This document shows positions 51,801 to 64,000 of a stretch of 64,000 nucleotides of DNA, in pieces. This DNA comes from Gonapodya sp. JEL0774. Lineage: Eukaryota. The position numbers were made by a program, and so were the translations under genes. Positions within the stretch are counted from its first letter, which is position 1; every line of letters starts with the position of its first letter. The notes under the pieces were generated by a model, which was not told the DNA's origin, made no database searches, and saw only the letters and a list, made by a program, of their open reading frames with translations. Where the stretch lies: assembly GCA_027604505.1 (NCBI GenBank), contig JADIIX010000076.1, forward strand, positions 1 through 64,000. Reading direction: 5' to 3'.

Positions 51801-52617
51801 TGCCGAAGATCGTGCTCGCCGAGCCGAAGTAGAGCGTGATCGCGAGCGAGAAATGCGTTCTCGAGCTGAATCAGAACTAGCTGAGATGCGGAAGACAGCG
51901 AATTCGGCTCCAGAGTCTGCGCTGAGAGTTCAGCTGGCACAGGTGGCTGCAGACAGGGACCGACTGGCATCGAAGCTCGAAAATGAACAGGCGAAACGCG
52001 GAGCCTACAAAGCACGTTGGGTGGGCGCACTCAAGGAGCTGGCAAGGCAGAAGAAGAAGTTTTCTGACGAAGTAGCCGAAAGTTTGAAGGCAGCAACAAA
52101 AGAGCTGGAAGCCGCAAAACTTCGAGCTGTGAAAGAAGGCACCATGAGTGCAGAGGGAGACCATGACACTTTGACTCAGATTAAAAAAGAACTCGAAGAG
52201 ATGAGGGTGAAGGTGGAAAGGGCAGGAAAGGGACGATCGAGAGGTGCTCCAGGAGCATCGAGAGACACAGGGTACTCGAGCGAGAATTCGGACAATGAGG
52301 TGATCGACTCGGAAAGGGAGGATTCGATAGTGGAAGCTGGACGTCGTCACCGCTCCGTTGGAAGACGTGCACGAGGGAGGAGCCTTCCTGCCACTGCCAG
52401 CCATGTTCGGGGAGGAACGGGCGCTGGTCCTTCAGGAGCGCCTGGGGACCACGTCTTTGCGCTTGGAGATCTGTCCAAACTAAATCCAAAGCTTCGTACA
52501 GAAGTGGAGAGGCTCCGGCTCGAACGTGACGGACTTTTGAAAACTGGTTTGTACACTCGAAACGACGCTTTGGTACTCGAACTTGAAGCGAGGATGCGTC
52601 AGCTGGTGATGGTTTAA
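48844..52617 (+). CDS. CEP120: Centrosomal protein CEP120 (three C2 domains plus coiled coil)
   Basis: C2A VLLTVYE|GRNFLKRP...TSDP...PTFDTELSW...GYVVLDLR...WYPLL; C2B GFYQIG...FRLSVTISHARNL; C2C YRLSIDLRSV...FFRYSYP; LERWKQMEE; C-terminal ERDGLLKTGLY. Confidence 0.9.
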
Positions 52618-52687
52618 GATTGAGCTGAACGTAAATGATGATATAATTGCTCTTGATGATTATATAATGGTTTTCCTGTTTTGTTTT

Positions 52688-55427
52688 CTATATTACAATC
52701 TTGGGTTTCCCCTTCAGCGAATGCTGCAATTCGTCCAAGGGCACCAGCCCCCCCGGAGATGTTTCCGAAGTTTGAGGAGGTGCGCGACTTTTTCGAAGTC
52801 GGTGGTTTTTTGGGGAGTTCTCTCCTCGTGTGACGTCACGCAATGTCACGTTGTGGGATGGTTTCACCAGGGTTCCAGGTGAAACATATGCGCCTGGGCC
52901 TGGAATGTCCGGCACTTTAACGACCATTCGTTTATCCTTTCAAAACGGCGAGGTGAATATTCTTGTTTTTGTTCGTGCGCACCCCTCTTGGACTCACCGT
53001 GGACAGAAAAGGTGCGTTGTTTTCCGTCGGGAGGCTTGAATCCACATTTGGCTCATAGCTTCCCGGGGCAGGTGTGTTTGAATGAAAATAGACGTGCAAG
53101 TCTTGGTACGTTGTGGTAAGATGCTCAGTCACAGATTCCACAACAATTGCAGAGGGAAGCAAGGGTACCACCCACTCACCCTCCAACAGATCTCGACGGT
53201 CGTTGCTGTTAAGCACGCCATGTCCACTAAGCTTTCCACGATCTTTGATGTTTTTGAACGACCCGTCCACATCATAGGACGCAGGCGTTGGAAACGACTC
53301 ATCCACCAAATCTTCAAACCGTTTCCCGCTCGTGCCAAAGCCCAGATTCCCCGCCTCGGAAACACCAATCATTCCACTCAACAAGTTTGTTGCAGCGTCG
53401 ATATCGAAGTGACTCGCTCCCTTTTCTGAAACACTCCCCACCACGAGCCGCATGACCCGACGCTTTTCGTCATCGCTCATGACCGCCCCTCGAAGTAGGC
53501 GGACCAACAGCTGAGCGTCTGTCTGTCTCACTGGATGACCCTGTCTATTGGTGTGAGTGATCAGTATATTCGGGCGCGGGTCTTCGTTCGATCTGGGACT
53601 CTGCGTGGGAACCGTGGCGTACTCCGCGGGACCCGGTGTTTGATCCGACGTGCTGGGCCTCGAGAACCGTTCTGATATGGCTCCGAACGCACCGTGGCTG
53701 TGGACTTTCTTCGGGGTACCGCGGCGGTCGGGCCGAAAGGAACCCACGAGCACGTCGTAGGCGCCCGGGCCGGGACCGGTTCTCTTCTTCACTTCCTCGA
53801 GGGTGACGAACCGCTTGCTGGTTCCTCCAAACGGTTGCGAGACGGGTCGGGGCTTGTCGAAGAGAGAATGCCTGTTGGAAGTGCGGTTGGCAAGTGTGCC
53901 GGGACCGGGTGTCGGGGGTGCGGTGCGCACGTAGAGAACCGAATCTTTGCGTTGGCCGAGGGAAGAATGCGAAAGAGATGCACGTCGGCGACCAAGGACG
54001 TTGTATGCGCCGGGTCCGGGAGTCTTTGCCAGTTCGGGGTCCTTGTGGGAGTTGGTGAAGCCAAAGACCCGGGAGAAGCGGCCCACTTTGCTCCCTACGG
54101 GTTGGGAGGTGCGAGTTTGAAAGATGACCTATGGTGAGCGAGCATCCGTTGGGGCTATTGCCACAAATTAACTCACGAAACTCTGGCGATGCTCGTTTGA
54201 GGTTCCCAAACGCGGATCTTGTCACCACCGCATCATCGTACTCTCCCGGTCCCGGGATCGCATCCTTTTCTGCGTCCATTACGATCTTGTCACACCACCG
54301 CACTCCATTCCCGAGTGGGAAGGCAGCCGAGCTCGAACCCTCGGCAGCAGCGTCGAGCGATTTGGAAGTGAGGTAGTCGACGGCGTGCTGGACGTCGTAC
54401 GTGGTAGGTGGCACGCCCTCCGTGGGCTTGAACCAAGACATGCGGTCGTTTGAGGACGGGGAGTAGGGCTTGGGGGCGCCGAAGGAGATGCCACGGAGTT
54501 TGGTAGGCGTTTGCTCTTCACATGGCTGGGAGTGGGTTTCGGGGTTTTCGGGTGTGAGACGAGGGAGCGAGTGTTAAACGTACGTGCGAGAGGGTGTTAG
54601 CAATGCTTGAAAATCCAGGATGAGTTCAAGGTTGCAGTACCTTCTGGACCACATTCTGTGTACTCAATCTCCTGGGCAGCAACTCCCCAGTCTCCGCCTC
54701 CTGGTATCCGTTCGCGGTCTCTCTAAACGGAATACTCGGCGGTAAAAACTTTCTCTTCCACACAATGCGGGGTTTGAGTTTGGAACCTAATCGAGACTGT
54801 GCACGGCGGACCGGTTGCAGCTGTGGTGTGGGTTGGTGTTTGTCGTCCGAATCGTCCGTTTTGGAGACGCTTTGGCCTCGGCCTCTGGCGACGATGCGGG
54901 GACTCTCAGAGACGTCGGATATCTAAGGAAAGAAAATCGGTCGTGTGATTTGTGATAGAATGGACGCAGGGAAATGCTGGTCTGGCCACTTCCAAGAGTG
55001 ATACCACTTACACAGTTTGTCACGCTATCCCCAGCGCTCACCAGCCCGTACACTGTCGGGCCGGGCGAATCACTGGTGACGGGTCTAAATCTTTCTATCT
55101 TTGATCTACCAAAAGAGGGTGCATCCGTGTGGACATGGGAAGAGAGGGACTGGAACTTGGACTCGTAGGAAGTTGGAGCGGGTGATTGTCCGACGAGGGA
55201 GTCGAATATGGAGACGCGGGGAGCAATGGAGGAGAATGGAGCGTAGGATTGGCTGTGGAGACGTGAGTTAGAGCAACAACGTGCTGTCTCATGTCTGTGC
55301 ATGTGGAATGTGGAAAGTTTGATTGAACTCACCCTCGTTTGGGATCCTGCGACTTTGCGTAGGTTCCTGGTCCCAAATCCGCATTTCCATCGACGTGGAA
55401 CAAGTCACGTGGTGCCCGCGAGTACAT
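52688..55427 (-). CDS. STPG2: Sperm-tail PG-rich (SHIPPO) repeat protein, STPG2-like axonemal protein
   Basis: Starts MYSRAPR...LGPGTY, resembling the animal STPG2 N-terminus; many PGPGxY repeats with FG/RF motifs; C-terminal PGPGAY...TLVKPSHNVTL. Confidence 0.82.
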
Positions 55428-55855
55428 GGGTGGGTGCAGACTGGAGACGCCGATAAGTCCACTGGGCTGGTGAAAACAGCCTCACCCGATCGATCGATCG
55501 ATCCGATCACTCAACAACCACAGCACCAGCAACGATCTCAATCCAACAATCGTCCCATGCATGGTACAAAATATAAATGAATTCCATCATTTTTATTCAC
55601 AGGCGGCCGGATATCAAACAATCGGTATTCGAGTAACAATCAAGTATGTATGTCGTGGTACATGCAATTACGGCGGTGTGCAAGTGAAACAAATCCACGG
55701 CCGGCCACCCTCGCATCGGGTGGGGCATATCCGTTCCTTTATATTTCCTCCATGGGGCCATTTTACCCCCGTGTTGTGACTTTGCTCTTCACCACACCCT
55801 TTGACTTTTCGTCCCCAAAAACCGGATGTGGGGCGTCGGTAGTTCATATCCCCAA

Positions 55856-57582
55856 TCAATACAAGTCCAGCCCAGCATAGAGCTCCAGCCCTGGAATTCC
55901 TCCCTGTGCCTGCACGCGCTTCTGGGCCTGTGTGAGCCATGTCTGCGAGGAGAAACGAAAAAAAGTAAATGCGTCAGATGACGACACTTGATCCTATGAT
56001 ACACCTTTCTGTTCTCCCACCCCGGACTCCCCGCCCATCTCAACTCCACCCTCTCACAACTCACTTTGTAATACACGCACGTCCTCGGCGATATCGTCCC
56101 CCCATCCCAGCAATCCTCAAACACCGGACACCGCCCACACGGCACCTCTGTCCACGCGTCGGGGTCGATCACCCCTTGTCTCCTCTTGACGCCCACCATG
56201 GTCGCCTTGTAACAGAACCCGCTCTCCGCCTCGTCCTCTTCCTCGCTCGAATCCTCCTCATCGCTGTCTTTCTCCCGCCCCTTGGCCCGGCCCCTCCCGT
56301 TCCCGTTCCCGTTCCCGTTCCCGTTCCCGTTCCCGTCCCCATCCCCGTATCCGTACCCAAACCCTCCTGGTGCCCCCCCTCCCCCGGTCCTGCGCAGCAC
56401 TTTCCCGTCCAGTTCGAGCCTGTCCATGATGGATCGCAGGTCGGACAGACGGAGCGTCGTGTTGATGGCCCCCGTGGCCATGATGTGCCGGCGGATCTGG
56501 CTCAGGGTAGGGTACCGGTCGTACGAGGCAGGGAAAACGGCACCCGGAAGGGCGTTGGGTGGAAAGGTCTGTGCGAGGCGGGTTCGCCGGACGCGGTTGG
56601 TGGGGTGAAGGAATCCGGATTATGACGGTGGGTGGGTGGGAACCAGAAGTGCGGAGGACGGTGGGGGAAGGACGCAACCAGAGATGACGGATCATTTCAG
56701 CTGGATCACGACCACCCATCTCATGTCCCCTCGATTCCTCGTGTCCGGACATTCATCTCTGCCCCGATACCCAGTGTCCCCATCCCCCTCCTATCACACG
56801 ATCCCAACAACCCACCTTCTCCACCACAAACTTGTGGCATATATCCGCTAGCACCTCGATAAAGTCCTGGTCGAATTCCTGGTCCGTGTACCACAACCCC
56901 CCCGTGACTTCTTCCGAGGGGGCCAGGTAGGACACCATGTAGAGCTTGCGGATGGAACCCTGAAGGGAGATGGGGGGGTGGAGTGAGTATTGTGAACATG
57001 GTTGGGTGAGAAAAGTGAGAGCGAGGGGTAGGGTGAAGGTGCGAAGCGGCGGGTTTGCCAGGGAGGCGGAACACGTGCGGGCGGCCAGTGGGCAGGTGCG
57101 AGTGCCCACAACTCAGCAATCACGCTCATAGAAGCTTCACGTTGCCCTTTCCGCACCGCAACGAACTATCAAACTCACCCCAGCCCCACTCACCCCCGCC
57201 GCCCGGTCCCATCCCCTCTGCCCGCAACGCCCAAACCCACCTTGCTACTCTTGAAACTCTTGACGCCTCCCTTCTTCTCGAGCATCTTGAGCGTGTCGGT
57301 GACCATTTTTGGATGGACACCCGAGCGGGTCTTGACCTGTTTGGACGTGACGCCCTTGTCACCGGCGAGTTTCACGGCGGAGTAGACTTTGCGCTCGTTC
57401 ACGTCCAGCGTGGAGAGGCTGCGGGGGGTGGAGGGGGGGTGGGGGGGGCATATGTGGGGCAAATGGGGGGACACACAAAAGCTCGCCCCAAATATCTCCA
57501 AGACAAACTCACAGAGTCACCTCGCTGGGCACGTTGAGAGAGAAGTGGCGGTCGGAGCCGATGCCGAAGGGGGAGAGGATGA
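55856..57582 (-). CDS. RPC34: RNA polymerase III subunit RPC34/RPC6; 5' exon(s) unresolved, may extend to about 57797
   Basis: Winged helix ERKVYSAVKLAGDKGV...LKMLEKKGGVKSFKS, RKLYMVSYLAPSEEVTGGLWYTDQEFDQDFI, and C-terminal VPCGRCPVFEDCWDGGTISPRTCVYY. Confidence 0.92.
56296..56337. repeat. Coding hexanucleotide microsatellite (CCCGTT)n encoding GNGNGN in RPC34
   Basis: Six perfect CCCGTT units followed by a degenerate unit. Confidence 0.9.
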
Positions 57583-58981
57583 ACTGTGCGAGGGGGGCGG
57601 AGGGAGGAAGGGGGGAGCGGCACAGGGAAGGAGGTGAGTAATGTAGAACGTTGAAGACAAGTGTGGGTGAAGGAGGCGAGGAGGAGGGGAAGTACCCTTG
57701 GCGGGCAACGACGTCTGGAGCACACGATGATCGGTGTGGGGTTGTTTTCGTGCAAAGCACACGGTTCAAGTGTGTTACGTGCGCGCACCATATCCATTCT
57801 TCTAGTTGCGAGTTAACTAGTTGCGAGTTAACCATGCGTCCACTCCAGTCCGGTGCCAAGTCATGAATCTGCGGGGACAGCTTCATTTGTGCACCACACC
57901 ATCTCCACGGACAACGAGCAAGCTCCCGGTCCAGTCTCGTGAAGGCGTGGAACATGAGTGAATTGAAATTGAATTCCGTTCGGTTTCAGGGGAGAGGGAT
58001 CGACACCAAACCAATCAAGTGTCCCTCAAACCCCCCCACAAGAGAAATTGAATTCCAGTCCAGTGCAAGTCGAGGGCAGAGTGAAGGGAAGCACAGACCT
58101 TGTTGACGAGATCCGCGACGATTGGCATGACTTGGTCGAGGGAGGAGAAGAGAAGGGAGAACTCAGATTTGAACGCGGTTTCGTTCAAGCCCTACGGAAC
58201 GAGCAGAGATAATTCGGGCAGGAAAAAGAGAAGAAGGAGAGAGATGGAACATTGGCACAACGACGGGAGCGCAGAACTGGTCGGAAATATGACAAGACAG
58301 AAGCCAACATTTGGGAACTTTGCGAAGACGTCGATGACTGCCAGATGGGACGCATCGTCCACGAACGTCTTATACGCGTCAGACGCCGTAGACATGGCGG
58401 GATGGTTTGATTGCGGGGCCCCTTTTCGTGAACCAAGTGAGCGGGAGCAGAAGGTTTTGGCAAGGTATCACAACATAAACTGTCAGTACTTTGTATGACT
58501 CTCACCATCATTCGAGCACGTAGATGGTTGATCATCAAGTGCTTCGATCGACTGCAGTTCAACGATCCCGCGCCAAGCAACACTGTGGTTTTATTGGCTT
58601 AGCCTTATGACCAACAACAGAATATGTAGAATAGGTGGTTCGCATAATCATCAGGACACAAAGACATCCACGATTGGAAACGCAGATAGTGAGGGGAAAA
58701 CATTTCCACAGCTTAATAATTGGTAGTTATTCCCAAGCGAGCATTGAACGACGTGAGCGGGAGGCCCGGAAGCTGAGGCGGGCGCGGACTCAGTAAACGC
58801 CAAGGTGATCTCTGGTCAACTGAGGTGCCTCAACAAAACGCGAAGCTCCGTGACACGACGTTTTTTCGGTCATTGTGCTACCTGATCTGGGTATTATAAG
58901 CATCGAACTTTCTGTGCTGCTTTGATCAACCTCTGAACTTCAACACAGACGCAGGGTGGTCAACGCATTACGTCCGAAACC

Positions 58982-59318
58982 ATGACAACCTCTAATCCCG
59001 TGATCACTACTTCGCAAGTAGGTCCTGACAACGTCCATCCCTCAAAAGTCCAGGGTAATCATCTCACTACTTTTGTCCACCCTGGATCAGCCGAGCACTC
59101 TCTCTTCCAGTCCTTACGCTGCTACAGCTCCACCGCTCACGTCTAATCCCAAGCCCATTTCGGTCGTTAACGATGGCGTCGGCAAGCACATTGAAGGAGA
59201 GGGTGTCCAATGTTCGTGGGCGTACGTGGGGAAAACGCTTATGAACGGTTGCTTGGGACTCCTCTGTGGTCTGAACGCGGGCTGGATGAACAGCCCGCGG
59301 GGTCAGTACGAATACTAG
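58982..59318 (+). CDS. Small two-exon hypothetical protein of about 87 aa; exons 58982-59017 and 59091-59318
   Basis: ATG, phase-0 GTAGGT...CAG intron of 73 nt joining in frame, upstream TATTATAA near 58892, and downstream AATAAA near 59477. Confidence 0.5.
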
Positions 59319-60094
59319 ATGACAAGGGAAATGGGAATATCTTGAAATATGATGACTGGAAAAGAACGATACTCAAATTTGTAGGGCCAAACTAAGTCTC
59401 GCATCGTGGGTAGTGTCATGGCCTTGGGTTGGAGGGATTGCAGCAAGAAAACTGATACAATGCGCTTTCATGTACTAATAAAACACAATCAATTTTCTCA
59501 GTAATCAGGAATTCTCTGATTACGCTGACCTTCAAAATTTTCGGAATCGGAGCCTGGTGGAGCAGGCGGAGCAGGCGTTTGTTGTCTGGCCGTCGCCGCG
59601 CAAACTGACATTGAGTTTTGAGTTATTCTTGCTCTGACAGCACATGTCCTCTCGTGTCTGAAGAATCCCGCACCAATACCATCAACTCTGGAAGTTGTAT
59701 GTAAGGTATGGGGACCGTAGTGTGGTGAGTCGTTCATTTTGGAACTTTCTTTTCATACCGAACATTGTTCTCAGTAGTACATTCACAAAAAAAACTCCCC
59801 GCGGTGGTCCCCGGGCAATGTGGCACGAGATTGCATGAATTGCGGGTCTCTTGCGCGACAAAGTTTCACCACCGAACATGAGAGTGCCAATTCGAGGGTC
59901 CCCACGCCATGCGGTGAAATTCTTAGTGTTCAAGGAGGGAACGGGTTCCGACAGTGCCCGAATTGACGTAGAGTTGGTACAATATACTCATCAACTTGCT
60001 TTGTTTCATATGGACGAGTTGCGGCAGCGACCACACCGCTTTTCATACACATCCCTCACCAACCACAACCACCACCGCCCGCGCCGCCAATTCC

Positions 60095-63000
60095 ATGAAC
60101 GGGGCATCCCGCTCACAAGGACTTCCCCGTTTGCCCAAACCCACCCAGCAACTTTCTTCGCAACAACGCCAACTAAACCAGAAACACGCCCAGACCAAAA
60201 CCCAAGTAGCGGAATCCCCCACGGAAGAAGTATCAGACCCATTCGATCCAGCTGCTCAGAATGCTCAGACAGACCAAGCCAGGTCGGATGCCCTCGTGGA
60301 TAAGGAACTGGGCCTGTTGGCGACGCACAGAGAGGAACTGGTCAAGGAAATAGAGGTATGTCCCGCGGGCTCAATTGGTCGCTCCCTCTCCCTCTAGGTT
60401 TTCCCTTTTCTTTTTGTTCTTTTCTTGGTGTTTGATTGCTGTTGGGGCTTTGGAGAACTCGTATGCTTTGCAGTGAAACCGGGGGGGGAGGCGTGGTATG
60501 TGAAACGGGACAGAATAAGCTCAATCCCCTTTCTCTGCTGGGACGAGGTACTGTATTTACGACACACTGATACACAAGTAAATTGCATGATGACGTGGTG
60601 GCATGTGGGACGGATTTTGGTGGTGGAAGACCGAGTTGGGTTCCCCACATTCGACCAAAACTCACCCCATGTGTACACCCCACCTCTTCCACCCACACCA
60701 CTCTGCCCCCAAGTCCCTCGAAAAATCCTTCAAAGAACAAGTCCTCTCCCGCCGCCTCTCCTCCCTCCCCCACAAAACCTTCCCCTCCGACACGCCTCCG
60801 ACCTCCACCACCGACCCATCCGAAGAACTCGTCTCACTCGCCCGCGACGACTTCTCCCGCGTCCGTGCGGCCCAGCAGCGGTCATCCGACGAGCGGAGGA
60901 AGAAGGCAGCGGGCGAGGAGGACGCCGTTCGGAGGAAAAAGGAGGGCGTGCAGAGGTTCTTTGAAGAGAGAAGAGCCATAGCCGAGAGGATGGGCAAGGG
61001 CGTGTGGAGGGGGAGCTTTGCGGCCACTGTGGGTGGCAACGTGGTCGGAGTCGAGAGGGTCGCGGACGAGATGGTCGTCGCGGTCGGCGAGAAGGGTGTC
61101 GGTGAGTGCGTGGGCGTGTGCCCGCGTGTGTGCGAGGTTGGGGTTGCGACGGTGGGGGGTGGGGGTGGGGGTTCTGTGTAGGAGTGGCGGTGGCGCGGCG
61201 AGTAATGCGTAATTTGTTGCCGACTGGATACTGCTACTCGCTCCACGTCTGGACACCCTTTCACTAATCGTCGCCCCCAACTCCCGGACATATCCAACAT
61301 CCAATCACTCTCCCGAAATCCAGAAATATGGCACATCCCCTCCCTCACCACACCCCGCCACCCCCCCACCGCCTTATCCTCTGCCACCGACTCCCGGCGG
61401 CACAGTTCGTTTTCGTCGTCGTGGGCCACCACAGCCACAGCCACCGCGCCACCGCCGCCGATCGCGCCTTCACGGCTACTGGATATCTTGCAGTGGCCCG
61501 CGGGAGTGGATCCCGTTACAGTGGCGAGGAGGGTGTACGTCAAGGTGGGGGAGGTAGGGCAGGCGCAGGAGCAGGGACACGTAAACGGAGGCGGGGGGGG
61601 TAGCGGTGATGGGAACGGTAGCGAAAGTGCCAACGCAAGCGGGACCGGGACCGGACCCCACCGTCCCCAGCAGCACGGTGCCTCGCACACGCACACCAAC
61701 CATCCCCATCCCCATCCCGCAGTACCCAACATCACGGTTTCGCCGCCGTCCATGACTCAGAGTGATTCCCGCGCTGCTGTAGCCGTAGCAGTCCCTGTAC
61801 CGTTGGGCTCCACCGCCGCAGGGTTGTCTGCGGGGGCGAGTTCGTCGGGGTCCGTCGTGGGAGGGCAAGCTGCAACCGGCTCGACATCGGCGTCCGCATC
61901 CACACCTCAGGCGTCAAATCGCTCGACGTGGCGCGGTGCGGGCGAACCCAGCGTGCCCCGATCGCATCACACGCAGAGGCCGCCGAAACATCCACCACTC
62001 TCGTCGGTGATGCATTACGCACCTGGACCGGATCGGTCTCGGCCAGCCTCGACCTCGAACTCGAGCTCGAGCTCCGGGATCTTTGGTGGTGCTGGGGACG
62101 AGGAGAGGGCTCGACCTGTACAGCCTCAGCAGCCGGCGCAGACACAGACGAGGCACCAGCAGGGATCAAATAGATATGAGAGGAGGGCGTCCATGGTGGC
62201 GGTGCCTGGGGGTGGGCGAAGAGGATCGGTGGTGGGTGGGGGGGGATATTCTGGTGAGGGTGCGGCAGCGCCGACGACGGGTTCGTCCCATGACGGCGGG
62301 CTTTCAGAGGTTGCCGTGAGCGCCACATCACCAAGTGGTGAGAGGCTCAGAGTGCGCCTGGGGTTTGTGGTAGGCACGCAGACCGGCCAGGTGTGTTTGA
62401 TCGACATTGTAGGTGAAGAAGACATCGCGGGTGGTGATGTGGTGTGGCGGGTCGACTGCGGAGAGAGAAAGAAAGTGGCGGGTGGGCCGGTGCTGTCCAT
62501 GGTGGTGTGGTGGCCTGGGGCGGGAGCACAGGCCAAGGGTGATGGCAAGGACAAGGACAAGGACGTCGAAATGGGAGCGGGAGCTGCGAGGGACAAGGAC
62601 AAGACCCAGAGGCAATTGCAGGTGGTAATACCTGGTCGCGCAGCCGCCTCAAATGGTCGACAACCCGCCACATCGAGCACCACCGACGCTGTGTCGAATG
62701 TCAACTCTGCATCCACCACCACTCCGACTCCCGGTTCGGAACATCCACCAAAACCGTGCGTAATGCTTGTGTCCTGCCACGGATCTACGGCGTCGCTGGT
62801 GGACTTGGCGGTGCCTTCTCTTATGGAGCGCTGGCGGGTCTCTTTGACGGACTTGATGTACATTGGCAGGTCCCGTAGGCTCAAGGAATTTGAGGTGACA
62901 GGAGATGCACAAGGAGCGGATTGGATGAAGACTCACACTGTAGTTGGAACTAAAGATGGCAGAATAGAGGTAGCCTCGTTGAACTCACCCGCCGCCATGG

Positions 63001-64000
63001 TGGCGAAAGACAAGGACAACCTTAACAAGGAGATCAAGTTCGTGTCAGCTTCACCGGTTCCCTCGTCGAATCCTCTGTCGACCCCTTTAACACCCGAAGG
63101 ACTCGCTGCAGCGTGTGCTATCACTGCAATGGCGGTGGATGGGACCAAGGGTGCCGTTGTCCTCGCAATGGACGACGGTGTGGTCCTGAGGGTGATGCGG
63201 AAGGCCAAAAAATTGAGGAACGTAAAGGGCGCGAAGGACGGAAAAGGAGCAAGTGAAGGTGGGAAGGGCAAGGTGAAAGGCTCTGTGGGATCGATGGCGA
63301 GTGTGGCAGAGGAGAGTGAGGTGGCAACGGGAAATAAAACTAGCGGCACAGAGGATATTGGAACCAATGTCAAAGTTATGGACGCGAAAGAAACGAACGA
63401 AGCAATCACTCGAAGCCCAGAAAATGCCGAAAATGGAAATGTCAAGACCGAAAAGGAAATCGATAAAACCAATGACGGTGGAAACGACAAATTGGTGAAT
63501 TCTACCGAGCACCCAGAGCCCGACAAAGAAGAAGTGCAGATATCGTACTTGTTTTCGGTGGGTTGTGTGAAAAGGCGATATCTGGTCGGTCCAGACGGCG
63601 AAAGAACTCGCTCTCAACGGGTTTATGCACCGACAGTTGGTCGAGATGCCCATCTACCAAGACCCGAACGAAACGCAGCCACCTAACCGTGAGCAACGTG
63701 ATGAAATGCCTGTACCGCATCGCATAACGGTGAGCTTTTTCATCTCTTGCTCACGAAATTGTCGGTCCTGTCTGCTTTGTTCATAGTCACTGGGCTGCAC
63801 CCACTTCGGTGAATGTCTCTAAGCAAAATAATCGATTTGTTCCATATAGTTCGCAGTCTCCATCACCCCCTTTCTCGACTCCCAACTGCGACAGTGCCTC
63901 CTCGTGGGCGGCTCCGATGGTACTGTCCGAGCCTACCAAGTGCCACTTCCGCCAGCGTCCGCTCCAGCCACCCCTCTATTCCGTGCGAGCCCTGCAGTAG
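60095..64000 (+). CDS. Large hypothetical protein, 3'-partial: N-terminal coiled coil, low-complexity inserts, possible divergent beta-propeller
   Basis: Successive plus-strand ORFs with GT-AG junctions (60095-60356, about 60713-61101, long exon to about 63686). Strand-rich motifs FVVGTQTGQVCLID, VVGTKDGRIEV, ITAMAVDG...VVLAMDDGVV. Confidence 0.65.

Noticed and set aside
58100..58498. 132-aa plus-strand ORF
   Set aside because: No homology recognised and no supporting gene signals; not enough to call.
60587..60640. Perfect C-box ATGATGA in a long intron of the last gene
   Set aside because: No downstream CTGA D box, terminal stem or recognisable guide sequence.
60662..63653. Several long minus-strand ORFs (363, 252, 200, 197 aa)
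   Set aside because: Antisense shadows of the GC-rich plus-strand gene.

Overview
Gene-dense, intron-rich eukaryotic DNA. Fungal-type genes together with the centriole/flagellum genes CEP120 and STPG2 suggest an early-diverging zoosporic (chytrid-like) fungus; this is inference and the species cannot be confirmed here. Genes in order: RPL9 (5' end outside the window), a ~1400-aa low-complexity RS/Pro/MG protein, ORC5, a large HEAT-repeat gene (-), STM1/SERBP1 (-), CDC7, SPC105/KNL1, a pantothenate kinase-DUF89 fusion, an ARMT1-like DUF89 phosphatase (-), a STE20/PAK kinase, a BRWD/PHIP-like WD40-bromodomain gene, EMC3, RPS28, CEP120, STPG2 (-), RPC34 (-), a small orphan gene, and a 3'-truncated hypothetical gene. 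A 10-N gap lies at 2156-2165. The most notable observations are four. (1) The first exon of the pantothenate kinase gene appears to be a diverged duplicate of the ORC5 5' end that splices in frame, giving a candidate chimeric gene. (2) Both visible RPL9 introns are filled with the same strand-polarised element built from GNA mini-hairpins. (3) An EMC3 intron holds a candidate H/ACA snoRNA complementary to the 18S rRNA site equivalent to human pseudouridine 609. (4) Two different DUF89 phosphatase subfamilies sit tail-to-tail. CDS coordinates span introns; exon boundaries were read by eye and some starts are uncertain.
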